Sequence record: PQ818763
DNA length: 64,000 nucleotides
From: Shigella phage ShigP1
Direction: 5' to 3' (one strand)
Positions 1 to 10,299 of the stretch are shown piece after piece (position 1 is the first letter of the stretch; each line of letters starts with the position of its first letter). The notes under the pieces were generated by a model, which saw nothing but the letters and a program-made list of their open reading frames with translations, did not search any database and was not told where the DNA came from. A program made the position numbers and the translations under genes.

Positions 1-429
1 GTTTTATATCTTTCGGCAAGTTTACTACATAAACCGACTATGTACTTTCATCATAAGATGAATCTCAAGCCGTTCACATCGTAAACGTTCACACTAAACC
101 TTATTGTTAAATAGCAATTTGCCACTTTTTAACCATTCACCGCCGCTCTCAATTGAGCGTTAATTCGTCGGGATTGCCTACCCTGATTAACTTCTTTCAC
201 CGTAGCACCATGTTAGCGATGACCGCCGCTACCCTTAACCGTGGGCGATTAGCTTAAGTCTTTGCGTGTACTCAATGAATCCGTTTATCAATGGTGACGT
301 TTCCAGTAAGGGAATGTAAAACTGTTTACCCTGATAATTTAGGGAGTTTTACGCCGTTTTATCTGGTATGCTTTCCGATGGTTATTATCATCAAGCATAT
401 TCAACCGATATAGGAGAATGTTTAAATTA

Positions 430-1372
430 TTAAAGAGCGGTAAATCTATCAGTGTGCTTTCTCACACTATGCAACTGTTAGCCGTTGTTACGCTTTTCAC
501 TGAAGCGATGATTTGCTTAGTGAGTGCTCATTATGAATCATGTTGTTTTCGCTGTCAACCGCTTTTTAATCTTTTTCGTCGTTCCCGCTATTGGGAGGAT
601 ATATCAATCAGCTTTATTTGATTGAAGATTAAGCGGTGAGGCTTAACTTATGACTCATGTTGTTAAAGAGCGTTTAGCCTTTTAAAGTGTCTGCTAATCA
701 CTGTCACATTGAAGGCTTACTGATTCATTAACAGGCCGCCTACACCTGAACTAATCGCTGCACTATGTGCCACCTTTCCCGCGATACGTTGATTTGGGAA
801 CTAGTTAGCGATGTTTTGCTAACTTGTGGTTAGTATGGACTACTTTAACCACGTTTGCAACTCTTTTTATCATCTTCTTTTAATTCCTTTCCCTTATCTC
901 GCGTGAATCTATGCGAAAGGGCAAGATGATAAGTCTGATTTGTCTTTCAGGGAATCTAGTGCGCTTTCAAGCATTAATCTTTTGAAAGTATCGAACAAAT
1001 AAGGCTTATTGATATTGCTTATTGTCCGCCTGCGTCACGTATGAATCAGGAATCAATTCTACCGATTAACTGAGCGCCTTATAGTAATGACGTCGCCGCC
1101 ACCCGTAAGACAAATCATATTTTTAAAGAGCGGGATTTTTTAAGTCATCGCTGACTATGCTCACTATATATCAGGCTGTTTTCGGTGTCAATACTCTTTT
1201 TAAGAATATTTTCACTTTCTAGCCTGATTTTTAAAGAGCGGGGCAAGTTTCCTTGCCTTGTATGTTTTACATCGTACCCGATGAAATGAAGTATACATTA
1301 ATCAGTGAGGGATGCAATAGGGTAAAACAAAATATTTTAAACTTTTTCACTATAGGAAGGTAAAAGAGCGGG
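430..1372. repeat. Five same-orientation copies of an 11-nt motif TTAAAGAGCGG (about 430, 663, 1123, 1231, 1363) in a 1.5 kb non-coding region
   Basis: Read directly: ttaaagagcgg at 430-440, 1123-1133, 1231-1241; ttaaagagcgt at 663-672; aaaagagcgg at 1363-1372. No long ORF across the region. Confidence 0.6.
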
Positions 1373-1471
1373 CGAACGTGATACATCATAGGAAAAGGCT
1401 TGTAAAGCGATAACAAGCGGCCTATAACGCATCACAATGAGCTAAAAGGGAGTAAGGTATACAATCACCTT

Positions 1472-1502
1472 AGAAAAGAAAAAAGCCTCATAGCGAGGCT
1501 TA
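1472..1502 (-). terminator. Hairpin (aagcctc / gaggctt) flanked by A/T runs, downstream of the minus-strand gene ending at 1578
   Basis: 7-bp inverted repeat at 1483-1501 with a T-run on the minus strand (A-run 1474-1484 on plus). Confidence 0.5.
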
Positions 1503-1577
1503 TAGGAAGGATTTAAAGCATCAGATAGATTATGACCATAGGCATGACTACGGCACAATACAGGAGAAAGATTAAGC

Positions 1578-1943
1578 CTATGGATTTACACATTGACCAT
1601 TACCGGACTCAATTTCATTCATGGACTCATCAAAGAGCGTCAACGATGAGCGCATCAAGTGATCTATCGTGATTTGTTTACCGGTAGTTTCATTTACCAG
1701 CAGAATAGCTTTGTTATCTGATTGCACATGATCAAAATCATTTACATGCAAAATAATAACTTTAGGTGACTGTTTACCAGTTTCGTAATTCTCTACGAGA
1801 TAGGTACACTGTAAACCGTCAACCGTATCAGGGGAGAATGTTGCAGCCTTAACGCTACCCATAGATGACAGCAGGACACCTAACAGGAGAACAACCAGAA
1901 AGAAGCCTACAAATACTTTCACTACAAACTTGATAACACCCAT
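1578..1943 (-). CDS. Membrane-anchored hypothetical protein (N-terminal hydrophobic segment)
   Basis: ORF of 121 aa; N-terminus VVKVFVGFFLVVLLLGVLL is signal-anchor-like; no recognisable catalytic motif. Confidence 0.4.
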   Translation of the reverse strand: MGVIKFVVKVFVGFFLVVLLLGVLLSSMGSVKAATFSPDTVDGLQCTYLVENYETGKQSPKVIILHVNDFDHVQSDNKAILLVNETTGKQITIDHLMRSSLTLFDESMNEIESGNGQCVNP

Positions 1944-2038
1944 GATAATAAACCTTTAGTTAGAGAATGTAAGAATACAGCATATCAGCAATGAACAGCA
2001 GGAAGGTCGCACCAAACAAGCAACGCCAAAAATAATCA

Positions 2039-2314
2039 CTATTCATCGTTGCTATTCTCGCCAAAAAATGCTACGCTAATCTGTTCCACTTCTTCCAGCG
2101 ACAGGAGAATCCCGCGTTGGGCTAAATACTTCCCAACAGTTAGATAATCTTGCACTAAACAGACAATAGGAAAGCGTATGTTTTGTATCTCACCTTTAGA
2201 AAGAAAAGACAAATAACCAGCGTCGACTGATTCATCAAAGGACAATGTAACGCCACCGTAATTATGCGTATCAATTAACGCAATAGTTTCATTTCCCATT
2301 GGTATCATCCCCAA
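2039..2314 (-). CDS. Hypothetical protein
   Basis: ORF of 91 aa, co-oriented with its neighbours; no motif recognised. Confidence 0.3.
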   Translation of the reverse strand: MGMIPMGNETIALIDTHNYGGVTLSFDESVDAGYLSFLSKGEIQNIRFPIVCLVQDYLTVGKYLAQRGILLSLEEVEQISVAFFGENSNDE

Positions 2315-2555
2315 TCAGACCATGATTAAGCAGGTTAGCCAGCGACAAATCACCGTCAATATAGATTGATCTGAAATCATCGCGGGTAATTTCGAAATCA
2401 GCAAAGGCTAGCCAATCTTTAAGAGGCTGATATTCCATCCTGCAAAAAGTGATAACAGGCAAGATTATCTGACCATCAAGTGTATTAAACTCGATAGATT
2501 GCCCACCAACAAAACAAGAAAAGCCGTTTGATAACTTAACTTCTTTGATAGCCAT
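2289..2555 (-). CDS. Hypothetical protein
   Basis: ORF of 88 aa, co-oriented; no motif recognised. Confidence 0.3.
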   Translation of the reverse strand: MAIKEVKLSNGFSCFVGGQSIEFNTLDGQIILPVITFCRMEYQPLKDWLAFADFEITRDDFRSIYIDGDLSLANLLNHGLIGDDTNGK

Positions 2556-2580
2556 TTTTACACTCCTGAAAATAGGTTAT

Positions 2581-3453
2581 TTACTTACTAGCCTTAATAC
2601 AGTTGGCTAAACTAACGTGAACGGTATAAACAGCGTTATTAGCGTTATTGTAAACAGTGGTAGCAATCATCGACTCATTGATCGGGCCATAACTCACTAG
2701 ATTGGTTACAGCTTTAACGTCTTCGTAACGTTGTACAGTGCCAAATGTAACCATATCCGAGTCACTATCGGTGCGCTTGAGAACTAGATCATTGTTAGGC
2801 TGATTGTCTAGTGTCTTAGACTGAAAGAGAACGCCATCATTAGTTACGTTGCTAAACTTCATTTTTAATACAATAGTACTTCCATCACTATCCGCACCGT
2901 TGCAAATCATCCAACCCTTATTGATGGAACTAGAGAAGACACTAGCGGCATCAGTTGCAGGAGTAGAACTAGCGATAGCTTTATCAGAAAGAGATGTGAC
3001 CAGTGCACTAACACCGATCGCTGCAACCAGTGCATAACTTGCCAGATTAACAGACTTCATAATCTTACTTGCAACAGTAGGCTTGATTGGCTGTTTCTTG
3101 TTTTTCTTATTCCATGCTTCAACCATGACAGACAAGCGGGATAATTCAGCTTTCACATCGCGGCATGACTCAGGCCAATCCTTCTGATTCCAGCTATCTA
3201 AATTTGCTTGAATGTAGCAATTAATAGCGTCCTGCATATTGGTAAAACCGTTCTCTTTGAACGTGCTTTCATCTTCACACTGTAAAGCGTTCGCAGTAGA
3301 GTTAATGATCAAGCAAGCCAGCATTACAGAGTTTTTGAATCCTTTACGTGCACTTTCGTTTTCCATCCACGCATCAGGACTACCAACGGTTAAGCCTAAA
3401 GAGGAAAGGCTTTCGTTTGCTTTGTTCAAGTGGTTAATCGCTACTTTAGACAT
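2581..3453 (-). CDS. Hypothetical membrane protein (single central TM helix)
   Basis: ORF of 290 aa; central hydrophobic stretch VNLASYALVAAIGVSALVTSL separates two hydrophilic domains. Confidence 0.45.
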   Translation of the reverse strand: MSKVAINHLNKANESLSSLGLTVGSPDAWMENESARKGFKNSVMLACLIINSTANALQCEDESTFKENGFTNMQDAINCYIQANLDSWNQKDWPESCRDVKAELSRLSVMVEAWNKKNKKQPIKPTVASKIMKSVNLASYALVAAIGVSALVTSLSDKAIASSTPATDAASVFSSSINKGWMICNGADSDGSTIVLKMKFSNVTNDGVLFQSKTLDNQPNNDLVLKRTDSDSDMVTFGTVQRYEDVKAVTNLVSYGPINESMIATTVYNNANNAVYTVHVSLANCIKASK

Positions 3454-4236
3454 TTGATATTCCTTATGGTTGATGAAAACTACAAACTACAATCGCAACT
3501 ATATAATAAAGGAAAAGGCTGTCAACCATTTATTTTCTAACTTTCCTATAACTCACTGAAAACTAAAGGGATTTAATTTACTAAACTTTCCATACTCAGA
3601 GAATCAGCTTACTTCTTATTGTTACTTTATAACACTACGGGTAACAGACCAACAGATCAGGACAAACGGGGATACAACAACCGCAGAACAGACCACGGGG
3701 AAACATAGGCAGATAGTGCGGTAGTAATATACCACTTAAATAATTGTATAACTCAAACATCAAAGACGTTCGCTACGCTCACAAAGGCACGCTGAAAAAA
3801 GAAAAGAATAAAAGCAATTATTAAAAGAATTACAATCATCCACTTAATTAATACATATATCATTATTGCACTCATAATCATTACTATTGAAACTATTTAC
3901 ATTCAAACTATGGGGGATGTGGGCTATTACTTATGGGTATTATTAGCCTCTTATGGTAGTGCCTGTACTAGTTTATACAGTGCTAGCCTTTCTCTCACTC
4001 TTTAAAGGGGAACTAAATAAACGGGTAGCTAATGAATAGGATGGTATACACGGGGGAATAATTACGGGGAGTAGGCACGGGGAAAGGTGGAACGTGGGAA
4101 TGGGCTTAAAGGCATTGCCAATAACCCTTTTTTTAAATGAGGACTCCCCCTTTTTAGGAAACGCGCGGCGAGCGGCTAGCCCCATTCGGTCAAATCAGAA
4201 TTTTAAACTCTTATATATAAGGTTGAAAGAGAACTT

Positions 4237-4401
4237 ATGTGGAAAATTAAGTTAATCATTAAGCAATTCAAATGTGATCATGAGTACTATCGGATACGCA
4301 AAGCTTACGGGGATGAAAGAGTTCACACCCTTTATAAGTCCACTTGGAGATGTAGTAAATGTGGAAAGCTTAAACACAGCACATGGATGGATAGGCCTTA
4401 A
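4237..4401 (+). CDS. Small Cys/His-rich (zinc-ribbon-like) protein, 54 aa, absent from the ORF track
   Basis: Manual translation MWKIKLIIKQFKCDHEYYRIRKAYGDERVHTLYKSTWRCSKCGK...; C-x-H ... C-x2-C spacing; lies inside the repeat-rich leader. Confidence 0.3.
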   Translation: MWKIKLIIKQFKCDHEYYRIRKAYGDERVHTLYKSTWRCSKCGKLKHSTWMDRP

Positions 4402-4614
4402 CGTGACATGGCCTTTATGTGATAGTGCCTTAATGTGAAGTAGTCATCAAAGATGACGTCCCCTTTATGTCTTAACTTTATCAGAGGGATGTATGACAGA
4501 AGATGAATACGGTAGCTTCTCTGAAGAAGACTACGAAAATGAATACAGGTATTCTCACGGGTGTTAATGTGAGGTGGCCTTTACGGGTATGTCTTATGAT
4601 GTGCCCTTTATACT
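4328..4614. repeat. Cluster of about 6-7 short direct repeats, (G)CCYTTTATGTGA and TTAATGTGARG variants, just upstream of the late module
   Basis: Read directly: ccctttat 4328-4335; gcctttatgtga 4411-4422; gccttaatgtgaag 4427-4440; cccctttatgtc 4460-4471; gtgttaatgtgagg 4561-4574; ggcctttacggg 4576-4587; gccctttatact 4603-4614. Confidence 0.5.
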
Positions 4615-4635
4615 CTTATTCAGAGGAGAAGAATT

Positions 4636-4890
4636 ATGAATTTAGTATTAGACTTTTTATCAGAGATGGTGCCTCGGTTCAGAACGGAGACATACGCTTT
4701 CGTGGTCAACAGTGACTCTGAAGAAGGGATGGAAGCTACTTGCTTAGGCCGTCTTGTTGATTTAGATGATGAAACAGATTTCGATATTACAATTGATGTA
4801 AGTAGTTTTGGTTGGCTCTTCTTCAGAGCATTCCGCACTTACAGAAAAGAAACATACAAAGATTACAGCAAGGGAGATACAAATGAATAA
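4636..4890 (+). CDS. Acidic hypothetical protein
   Basis: ORF of 84 aa; first plus-strand gene after the non-coding region. Confidence 0.4.
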   Translation: MNLVLDFLSEMVPRFRTETYAFVVNSDSEEGMEATCLGRLVDLDDETDFDITIDVSSFGWLFFRAFRTYRKETYKDYSKGDTNE

Positions 4891-5515
4891 TTTAATCCAA
4901 GCGATGGACCTTAACGATTACAATTCACAGCTATGTCGCTCTGGTTGTAGCTTACAGCATTTAGAAACTATGGGAAATGTTTCAGGATTGGCTGTACAAG
5001 ATTTATATAGTGGAAGTATTCTTAAACCAACTATTACGGAGAAGAAAGATATGATGAGTTTAGTAGAACAATACCGTGGACTTCAAGTCGGTACTATTGG
5101 TGATAAATATGAGAACTACTACAAAGATCGCTCAAAAGTACTTGAAGAAGTTGCACGGGCTAAGCCTTCTACTCTGGAAGTAGTTGAATACGAATCTACT
5201 AAACATGATCACCTCCCTGACTATGCTCGTGCAATGATTGAGATGATTGAAGAAGCTGAATACGAAATGCTCCATGATTATATTACCTCCAAAGATGAAT
5301 GGCATCGTGATGTTAGAATCGAAGAGGATGGTACAGAAACAATTACGTGGATTCACAAGAGTGAGCTAGTAGACGACGCACTGCGAGACTACGAAAAATT
5401 TTTGGTCGACGGCTCTATTCTTTTAGAGGAAGAGAAGGGTGCAGAACTTCCGTGGGAAGGTGAGACGATTGCTCTAGGTAAGATGTTTAACCTGTCCGTT
5501 GGTGATTGTAAGTAA
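4883..5515 (+). CDS. Hypothetical protein (start moved to internal Met)
   Basis: Internal ATG at 4883 preceded by AGGGAG; overlaps the upstream stop in an ATGAATAA arrangement. Confidence 0.45.
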   Translation: MNNLIQAMDLNDYNSQLCRSGCSLQHLETMGNVSGLAVQDLYSGSILKPTITEKKDMMSLVEQYRGLQVGTIGDKYENYYKDRSKVLEEVARAKPSTLEVVEYESTKHDHLPDYARAMIEMIEEAEYEMLHDYITSKDEWHRDVRIEEDGTETITWIHKSELVDDALRDYEKFLVDGSILLEEEKGAELPWEGETIALGKMFNLSVGDCK

Positions 5516-5571
5516 TATTTGCCTCCATTGGGAGGCTTTTTGTGTTGTTGATAATGTAGAAGGAGTATAAA

Positions 5572-6045
5572 ATGTTTGGAGAAAACGGAGAACTCACGCC
5601 TGCACAGGTAGCTGAGATTACAGGAAGATTACCCGGAGTAACGGAAGAACTCGAAAGCCGTGGTATGAACCCAAGCAATGGGAAGTTTCAAAAGGGAAAT
5701 AAATTCGGACGACCCAGAGGTAGTAGAGGTAAACTGACACAATTAATGTTGGACCGTGTTGCTGCAAGTCATTTGTCTCCTGATGAAGTGTTAATTCAAA
5801 TTTACGAAGATCCTAATATTCCACCCGATCTTAGATTCAAGGCTGCATCAAAAGTTGCAGATCTGGTATATCCTAAGGCGGCCTCTGTTGAAGTTAAGAT
5901 TGAGGAAGAGAATGTAATCAACGAAGAATCACTGAATGCACAAATCAAGGACTTCTTGACTGGAGCACTTGGTGTTGACGTTATGCCTCCAGAAGAAGAT
6001 AACTCTGAGGACGCTGAAAAGGGGGAGGAAGCGGACGAGAGTTAA
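5572..6045 (+). CDS. Candidate terminase small subunit
   Basis: 157 aa, immediately upstream of the large terminase; basic Gly-rich stretch GNKFGRPRGSRGK and acidic C-terminus; strong SD (GAAGGAG). Confidence 0.45.
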   Translation: MFGENGELTPAQVAEITGRLPGVTEELESRGMNPSNGKFQKGNKFGRPRGSRGKLTQLMLDRVAASHLSPDEVLIQIYEDPNIPPDLRFKAASKVADLVYPKAASVEVKIEEENVINEESLNAQIKDFLTGALGVDVMPPEEDNSEDAEKGEEADES

Positions 6046-6206
6046 GTAAAGGAAACAGGGAGCTGTCGAAGATCATCTGATTAATAATCTGAGGATTGTT
6101 ATAGTTTTATTGCCACGATGTTCTTTTGCAGTGTACCCTTGTAGTGGAGAGGGGAGGTTCTTTGACGAAGGGACTTTCCCTTTTCTATTTTTAAACTGGA
6201 GGAAGT

Positions 6207-7748
6207 ATGTCATTAGATAAACAAATTTATGAAGCTCTAACTGGTAACAACCTTAGTGTAGAGGAAAAGAAAGCACTATTGAATATGTTGAAAGAGCGTG
6301 ACCAATGGAGGAAGTATAATAAGATTTTGTCTTTCAAGGCGTATGACTTCCAAAAGAAATTTTATGCAGCAGGATTGAAGCATCGCTTTAGATTCTTGTG
6401 TGCAGCGAACCGTGTTGGTAAATCTTATAGCGAGGCATACGAGTTTGCTTGTCATGTCACAGGTCGCTACCCAACTTGGTGGACAGGGTATAAATTTAAA
6501 AGACCTATCTTAGCATGGGCAGTTGGTATTACAGGGGATTCCACAAGGAAAGTATTGCAAAAGGAGTTGTTTGGTACACCTATCGGAAAGGATACAAATT
6601 TATTAGGGACAGGTGTCATTCCTCGTGATGCTATCGTCATTGACACGATAGAACGAGATGGTAACAAACTTCAAATCGTACAAATCAAACATCAAAACGA
6701 AAGAGGAGAGTTTGACGGTTTAAGTACATTAGAATTCCGTTCAACCCAACAGGGTGAACACACATTGATGGGTGCAACAGTTGACTACATTTGGTTAGAC
6801 GAAGAAGATCCATACGAGTCTATGGCTATATTCGCACAGTGCGTCACACGTACACTCACAACTAAAGGTCTAGTTACAATTACAGCTACACCAGAGAACG
6901 GTTTAACTGAACTGGTAGATAAATTTATGAAAGGTGAAGGGGATGAGAACACAGGTTCTCTATATTTCCAGAACGCTTCTTGGTGGGATGCTCATGCAGA
7001 CCTAGGTGGACACATCACTGACCAAGATATAAAAGATATGACTGAAGGTATTCCAGCGTGGCAGTTAGAGATGCGTTCGAAAGGTATGCCATTGTTAGGA
7101 AGTGGTTTGATTTATGATGTATCGGATGACACAATTAAATGTGAACCATTCGAAATTCCTGATACGTGGAAACGTGTCTGTGCAATTGATATTGGTATTG
7201 ATCACCCAACTGCTGCTGTTTGGACAGCTTACGATGCAAACACGGATACTATCTATGTTTACGACTCATATAAAGAAGGTGGCTTTACTCCAGTGTATCA
7301 TGCTCCAGCTATTAATGGTCGTGGTCAGTGGATTCCTGTCATCCTACCGCATGATGCGGACAATATTGAGAAAGGTAGTGGTTCATCTGTTGCTCAATTC
7401 TATAAGAATGCAGGAGTTAACGTACAGAGTGAGACCTTCTACAACAAAATTGGAATGGATGGTAAAAAGAACTTCTTTGTAGAACCCGGAATCACAGATA
7501 TCCGAGAAAGAATGATGAGTGGACGCTTTAAAATCTTTAACACAGCTGCTAACGCTAAGCTATTCGAAGAGAAAGCTAGATATCACCGTAAGGTTGGTAA
7601 GATTATTAAAGAACATGATGACTTAATGGATGCAATGCGCTATTCAGCGTGCTCTGTTACACATCGTGGTCGCTCTAAACATGACGTTAGCTACGGAAGT
7701 GCTTCTCTGTATGAGGCAAACGTAAGCAGATGGAATCAGAGTTACTAA
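6207..7748 (+). CDS. terL: Terminase large subunit
   Basis: 513 aa; P-loop-like AANRVGKSY, Walker-B-like YIWLDEEDP, nuclease-domain acidic residues (AIDIGIDHP); followed by the portal gene. Confidence 0.85.
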   Translation: MSLDKQIYEALTGNNLSVEEKKALLNMLKERDQWRKYNKILSFKAYDFQKKFYAAGLKHRFRFLCAANRVGKSYSEAYEFACHVTGRYPTWWTGYKFKRPILAWAVGITGDSTRKVLQKELFGTPIGKDTNLLGTGVIPRDAIVIDTIERDGNKLQIVQIKHQNERGEFDGLSTLEFRSTQQGEHTLMGATVDYIWLDEEDPYESMAIFAQCVTRTLTTKGLVTITATPENGLTELVDKFMKGEGDENTGSLYFQNASWWDAHADLGGHITDQDIKDMTEGIPAWQLEMRSKGMPLLGSGLIYDVSDDTIKCEPFEIPDTWKRVCAIDIGIDHPTAAVWTAYDANTDTIYVYDSYKEGGFTPVYHAPAINGRGQWIPVILPHDADNIEKGSGSSVAQFYKNAGVNVQSETFYNKIGMDGKKNFFVEPGITDIRERMMSGRFKIFNTAANAKLFEEKARYHRKVGKIIKEHDDLMDAMRYSACSVTHRGRSKHDVSYGSASLYEANVSRWNQSY

Positions 7749-7809
7749 AGTAAGGGGGAGGTTTGTCCTCCCTTCTTTTATTTAAGCTATCAACCGAGGG
7801 AGAGAATCG

Positions 7810-10053
7810 ATGGCTAAGCAAAAATATAGTGAAGAGGTGTTGGACGAGTTACGTGTTGACCTTCAACGTCGTTTTAATTATGCTCAAGGCTACGTGGACA
7901 TGGCTGTTAAGGGCTATGCTCGTGAAGCTTGGGAATATTTCTATGGTAACTTACCTGCACCAGTAACTGCTGGCAGCTCTAGTTGGGTAGATCGTACTGT
8001 TTGGGAATCTGTTAACGGTACATTGCAAGATATTATTAACGTATTCTGTTCTGGTGATGAAGCAGTTACTTTCGTAGCTGACAACCAACAGGATTCTGAT
8101 GCTGCTGACGTAGCAACTAAATTAGTTAACCAAATTCTTCTGCGTGATAATCCGGGATACAATATTATCTCTTCTGCTGCACAAGAATGTCTGGTTACTC
8201 GTAACTCTTTTATCAAGTATTATTGGGATGAACAAACTTCTACTCAAACTGAAGAAGCTGAAGGTGTACCACCGGAAGCATTGGCTGCATATGTTCAGGG
8301 ATTAGAAGCTGGTGGACTCAAGAATCTGGAAATCTTCACTGAAGAAAATGAAGATGGTACAGTAGATGTTAAAGTTACTTACGAACAAACCGTTAAACGT
8401 GTGAAAGTTGAATATGTTCCTTCAGAGCAAATCTTTGTTGACGAACATGCTACCTCTTTTGCAGATGCACAATACTTCTGTCATCGTGTACGTCGTTCTA
8501 AAGAAGATCTGGTTGCTATGGGATTCCCTAAAGATGAGATTGAAGCATTTAACGACTGGACAGATACAATGGATACCACTCAATCTACAGTTGCTTGGTC
8601 TCGTACTGACTGGCGTCAGGATATTGATGCTGATATTGGTACAGATACCGAAGATATCGCTTCTATGGTTTGGGTTTATGAGCACTATATTCGTACTGGT
8701 GTTCTAGATAAGAATAAAGAGTCTAAACTCTATCAGGTTATTCAAGCTGGTGAGCATATCCTTCACACTGAAGAAGTAACTCACATTCCGTTTGTAACCT
8801 TCTGCCCGTATCCGATTCCGGGTTCCTTCTATGGTCAATCGGTCTATGACATTACGAAAGATATTCAAGATTTACGTACCGCGTTAGTTCGTGGTTATAT
8901 TGATAACGTCAACAATGCTAACTATGGTCGATACAAGGCTCTTGTTGGTGCATACGACCGTCGCTCTCTGCTTGATAACCGTCCCGGTGGAGTGGTTGAA
9001 ATGGAACGTCAGGACGCTATTGACCTGTTCCCATACCATAACCTACCTCAAGGTATTGACGGCCTCCTAGGCATGTCTGAGGAGCTTAAAGAGACACGTA
9101 CAGGTGTAACCAAACTAGGCATGGGTATCAACCCTGATGTGTTTAAGAATGATAACGCTTATGCAACCGTAGGCTTGATGATGAATGCTGCACAGAACCG
9201 TCTCCGTATGGTATGTCGTAACATTGCTCACAATGGTATGGTTGAATTGATGCGTGGTATTTACAACCTTATCAGAGAAAATGGTGAAGTTCCTATCGAG
9301 GTACAAACCCCTCGTGGTATGATTCAGGTAAATCCAAAACAATTACCAGCTCGTCACAATCTTCAAGTTGTTGTAGCTATCTCTCCTAACGAGAAAGCAG
9401 AACGTGCACAGAAACTGATTAGCTTGAAACAGCTGATTGCAGCAGATGCACAGTTAGCACCTCTCTTTGGTTTGGAGCAAGACCGTTACATGACTGCACA
9501 GATCTTTGAGTTGATGGGTATTAAAGATACTCATAAATATCTTCTGCCTCTGGAACAGTATCAGCCTCCAGAACCTTCTCCGATGGAAATCCTCCAGCTC
9601 GAGATGACTAAAGCACAGGTTGAGAACGTACAGGCTTCTTCTCAGAAGATGATTGCTGATGCATTCGACCAACGTGAACGTACTACATTCGAACAGCAGA
9701 AAGCTGCGGATGAATTAAGTCTACGTCAGGAAGAGTTGCAATTCAAGCAAGAAAATGCAGCAGATGCAATGACTCTGGAAAACCGTAAAGAAGATAACAA
9801 TGCTACTCTGGAACAAGCTAAGCACAAGTTAGCTCTTATGCAACAGCAGGTCCGTCAGTATGAATCTGTACTGAAAGAATTGCAGATGGTTATGTCTCAT
9901 CAGGTAGACCAAGAGAAGATTGTTCAGCAAGCTCGTGTTCAGGATAAAACTTTGGAACTCCAAAAGAAAGAAGCTAATGTAACTAAGAAAGAGCAACAAG
10001 CTTCTCTCAAAGATTCACGGATTCCAGGCAAACGTCTTGGAAGTAAAAACTAA
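7810..10053 (+). CDS. Portal protein
   Basis: 747 aa, directly downstream of terL and upstream of scaffold/capsid; SD GGGAGAG before the ATG. Assigned by synteny and size. Confidence 0.7.
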   Translation: MAKQKYSEEVLDELRVDLQRRFNYAQGYVDMAVKGYAREAWEYFYGNLPAPVTAGSSSWVDRTVWESVNGTLQDIINVFCSGDEAVTFVADNQQDSDAADVATKLVNQILLRDNPGYNIISSAAQECLVTRNSFIKYYWDEQTSTQTEEAEGVPPEALAAYVQGLEAGGLKNLEIFTEENEDGTVDVKVTYEQTVKRVKVEYVPSEQIFVDEHATSFADAQYFCHRVRRSKEDLVAMGFPKDEIEAFNDWTDTMDTTQSTVAWSRTDWRQDIDADIGTDTEDIASMVWVYEHYIRTGVLDKNKESKLYQVIQAGEHILHTEEVTHIPFVTFCPYPIPGSFYGQSVYDITKDIQDLRTALVRGYIDNVNNANYGRYKALVGAYDRRSLLDNRPGGVVEMERQDAIDLFPYHNLPQGIDGLLGMSEELKETRTGVTKLGMGINPDVFKNDNAYATVGLMMNAAQNRLRMVCRNIAHNGMVELMRGIYNLIRENGEVPIEVQTPRGMIQVNPKQLPARHNLQVVVAISPNEKAERAQKLISLKQLIAADAQLAPLFGLEQDRYMTAQIFELMGIKDTHKYLLPLEQYQPPEPSPMEILQLEMTKAQVENVQASSQKMIADAFDQRERTTFEQQKAADELSLRQEELQFKQENAADAMTLENRKEDNNATLEQAKHKLALMQQQVRQYESVLKELQMVMSHQVDQEKIVQQARVQDKTLELQKKEANVTKKEQQASLKDSRIPGKRLGSKN

Positions 10054-10062
10054 GGACGTCGA

Positions 10063-10299
10063 ATGAACATTAGACATCAATTTAATAAAGAGCACGCCGC
10101 CGCTTTGGCGGCTCTCAACCTTAACGGCAGTCTTGACGCAGCATTAGAGGCATTGAAAGAAAGACTCATGACAGAGATAGTTCAAACAGAACCTCATGAG
10201 AATAAGAAACGCGAAGATTGTTATCAAAAGTATAAAATGGTTGGTAGCTTAAAAGAGGTCATAAAAGCTGCTATCAATAGTGCAGGAGATGTTTCATAA
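10063..10299 (+). CDS. Small hypothetical protein
   Basis: 78-aa ORF with SD, between portal and scaffold. Confidence 0.45.
   Translation: MNIRHQFNKEHAAALAALNLNGSLDAALEALKERLMTEIVQTEPHENKKREDCYQKYKMVGSLKEVIKAAINSAGDVS

Noticed and set aside
418-621. 67-aa plus-strand ORF in the first non-coding region
   Set aside because: Overlaps a copy of the repeated 11-mer, has no ribosome-binding site and no recognisable features; the region is more likely regulatory.
1-4635. tRNA genes in the non-coding regions
   Set aside because: No T-loop-like GTTCRANYC element with an appropriately placed acceptor stem was seen by eye; a tRNAscan-type search could not be run, so this remains unverified rather than excluded.
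7114-7482. 122-aa plus-strand ORF inside the large terminase gene in another frame
   Set aside because: Overlaps the conserved terminase coding frame; hydrophobic low-complexity translation typical of an off-frame artefact.
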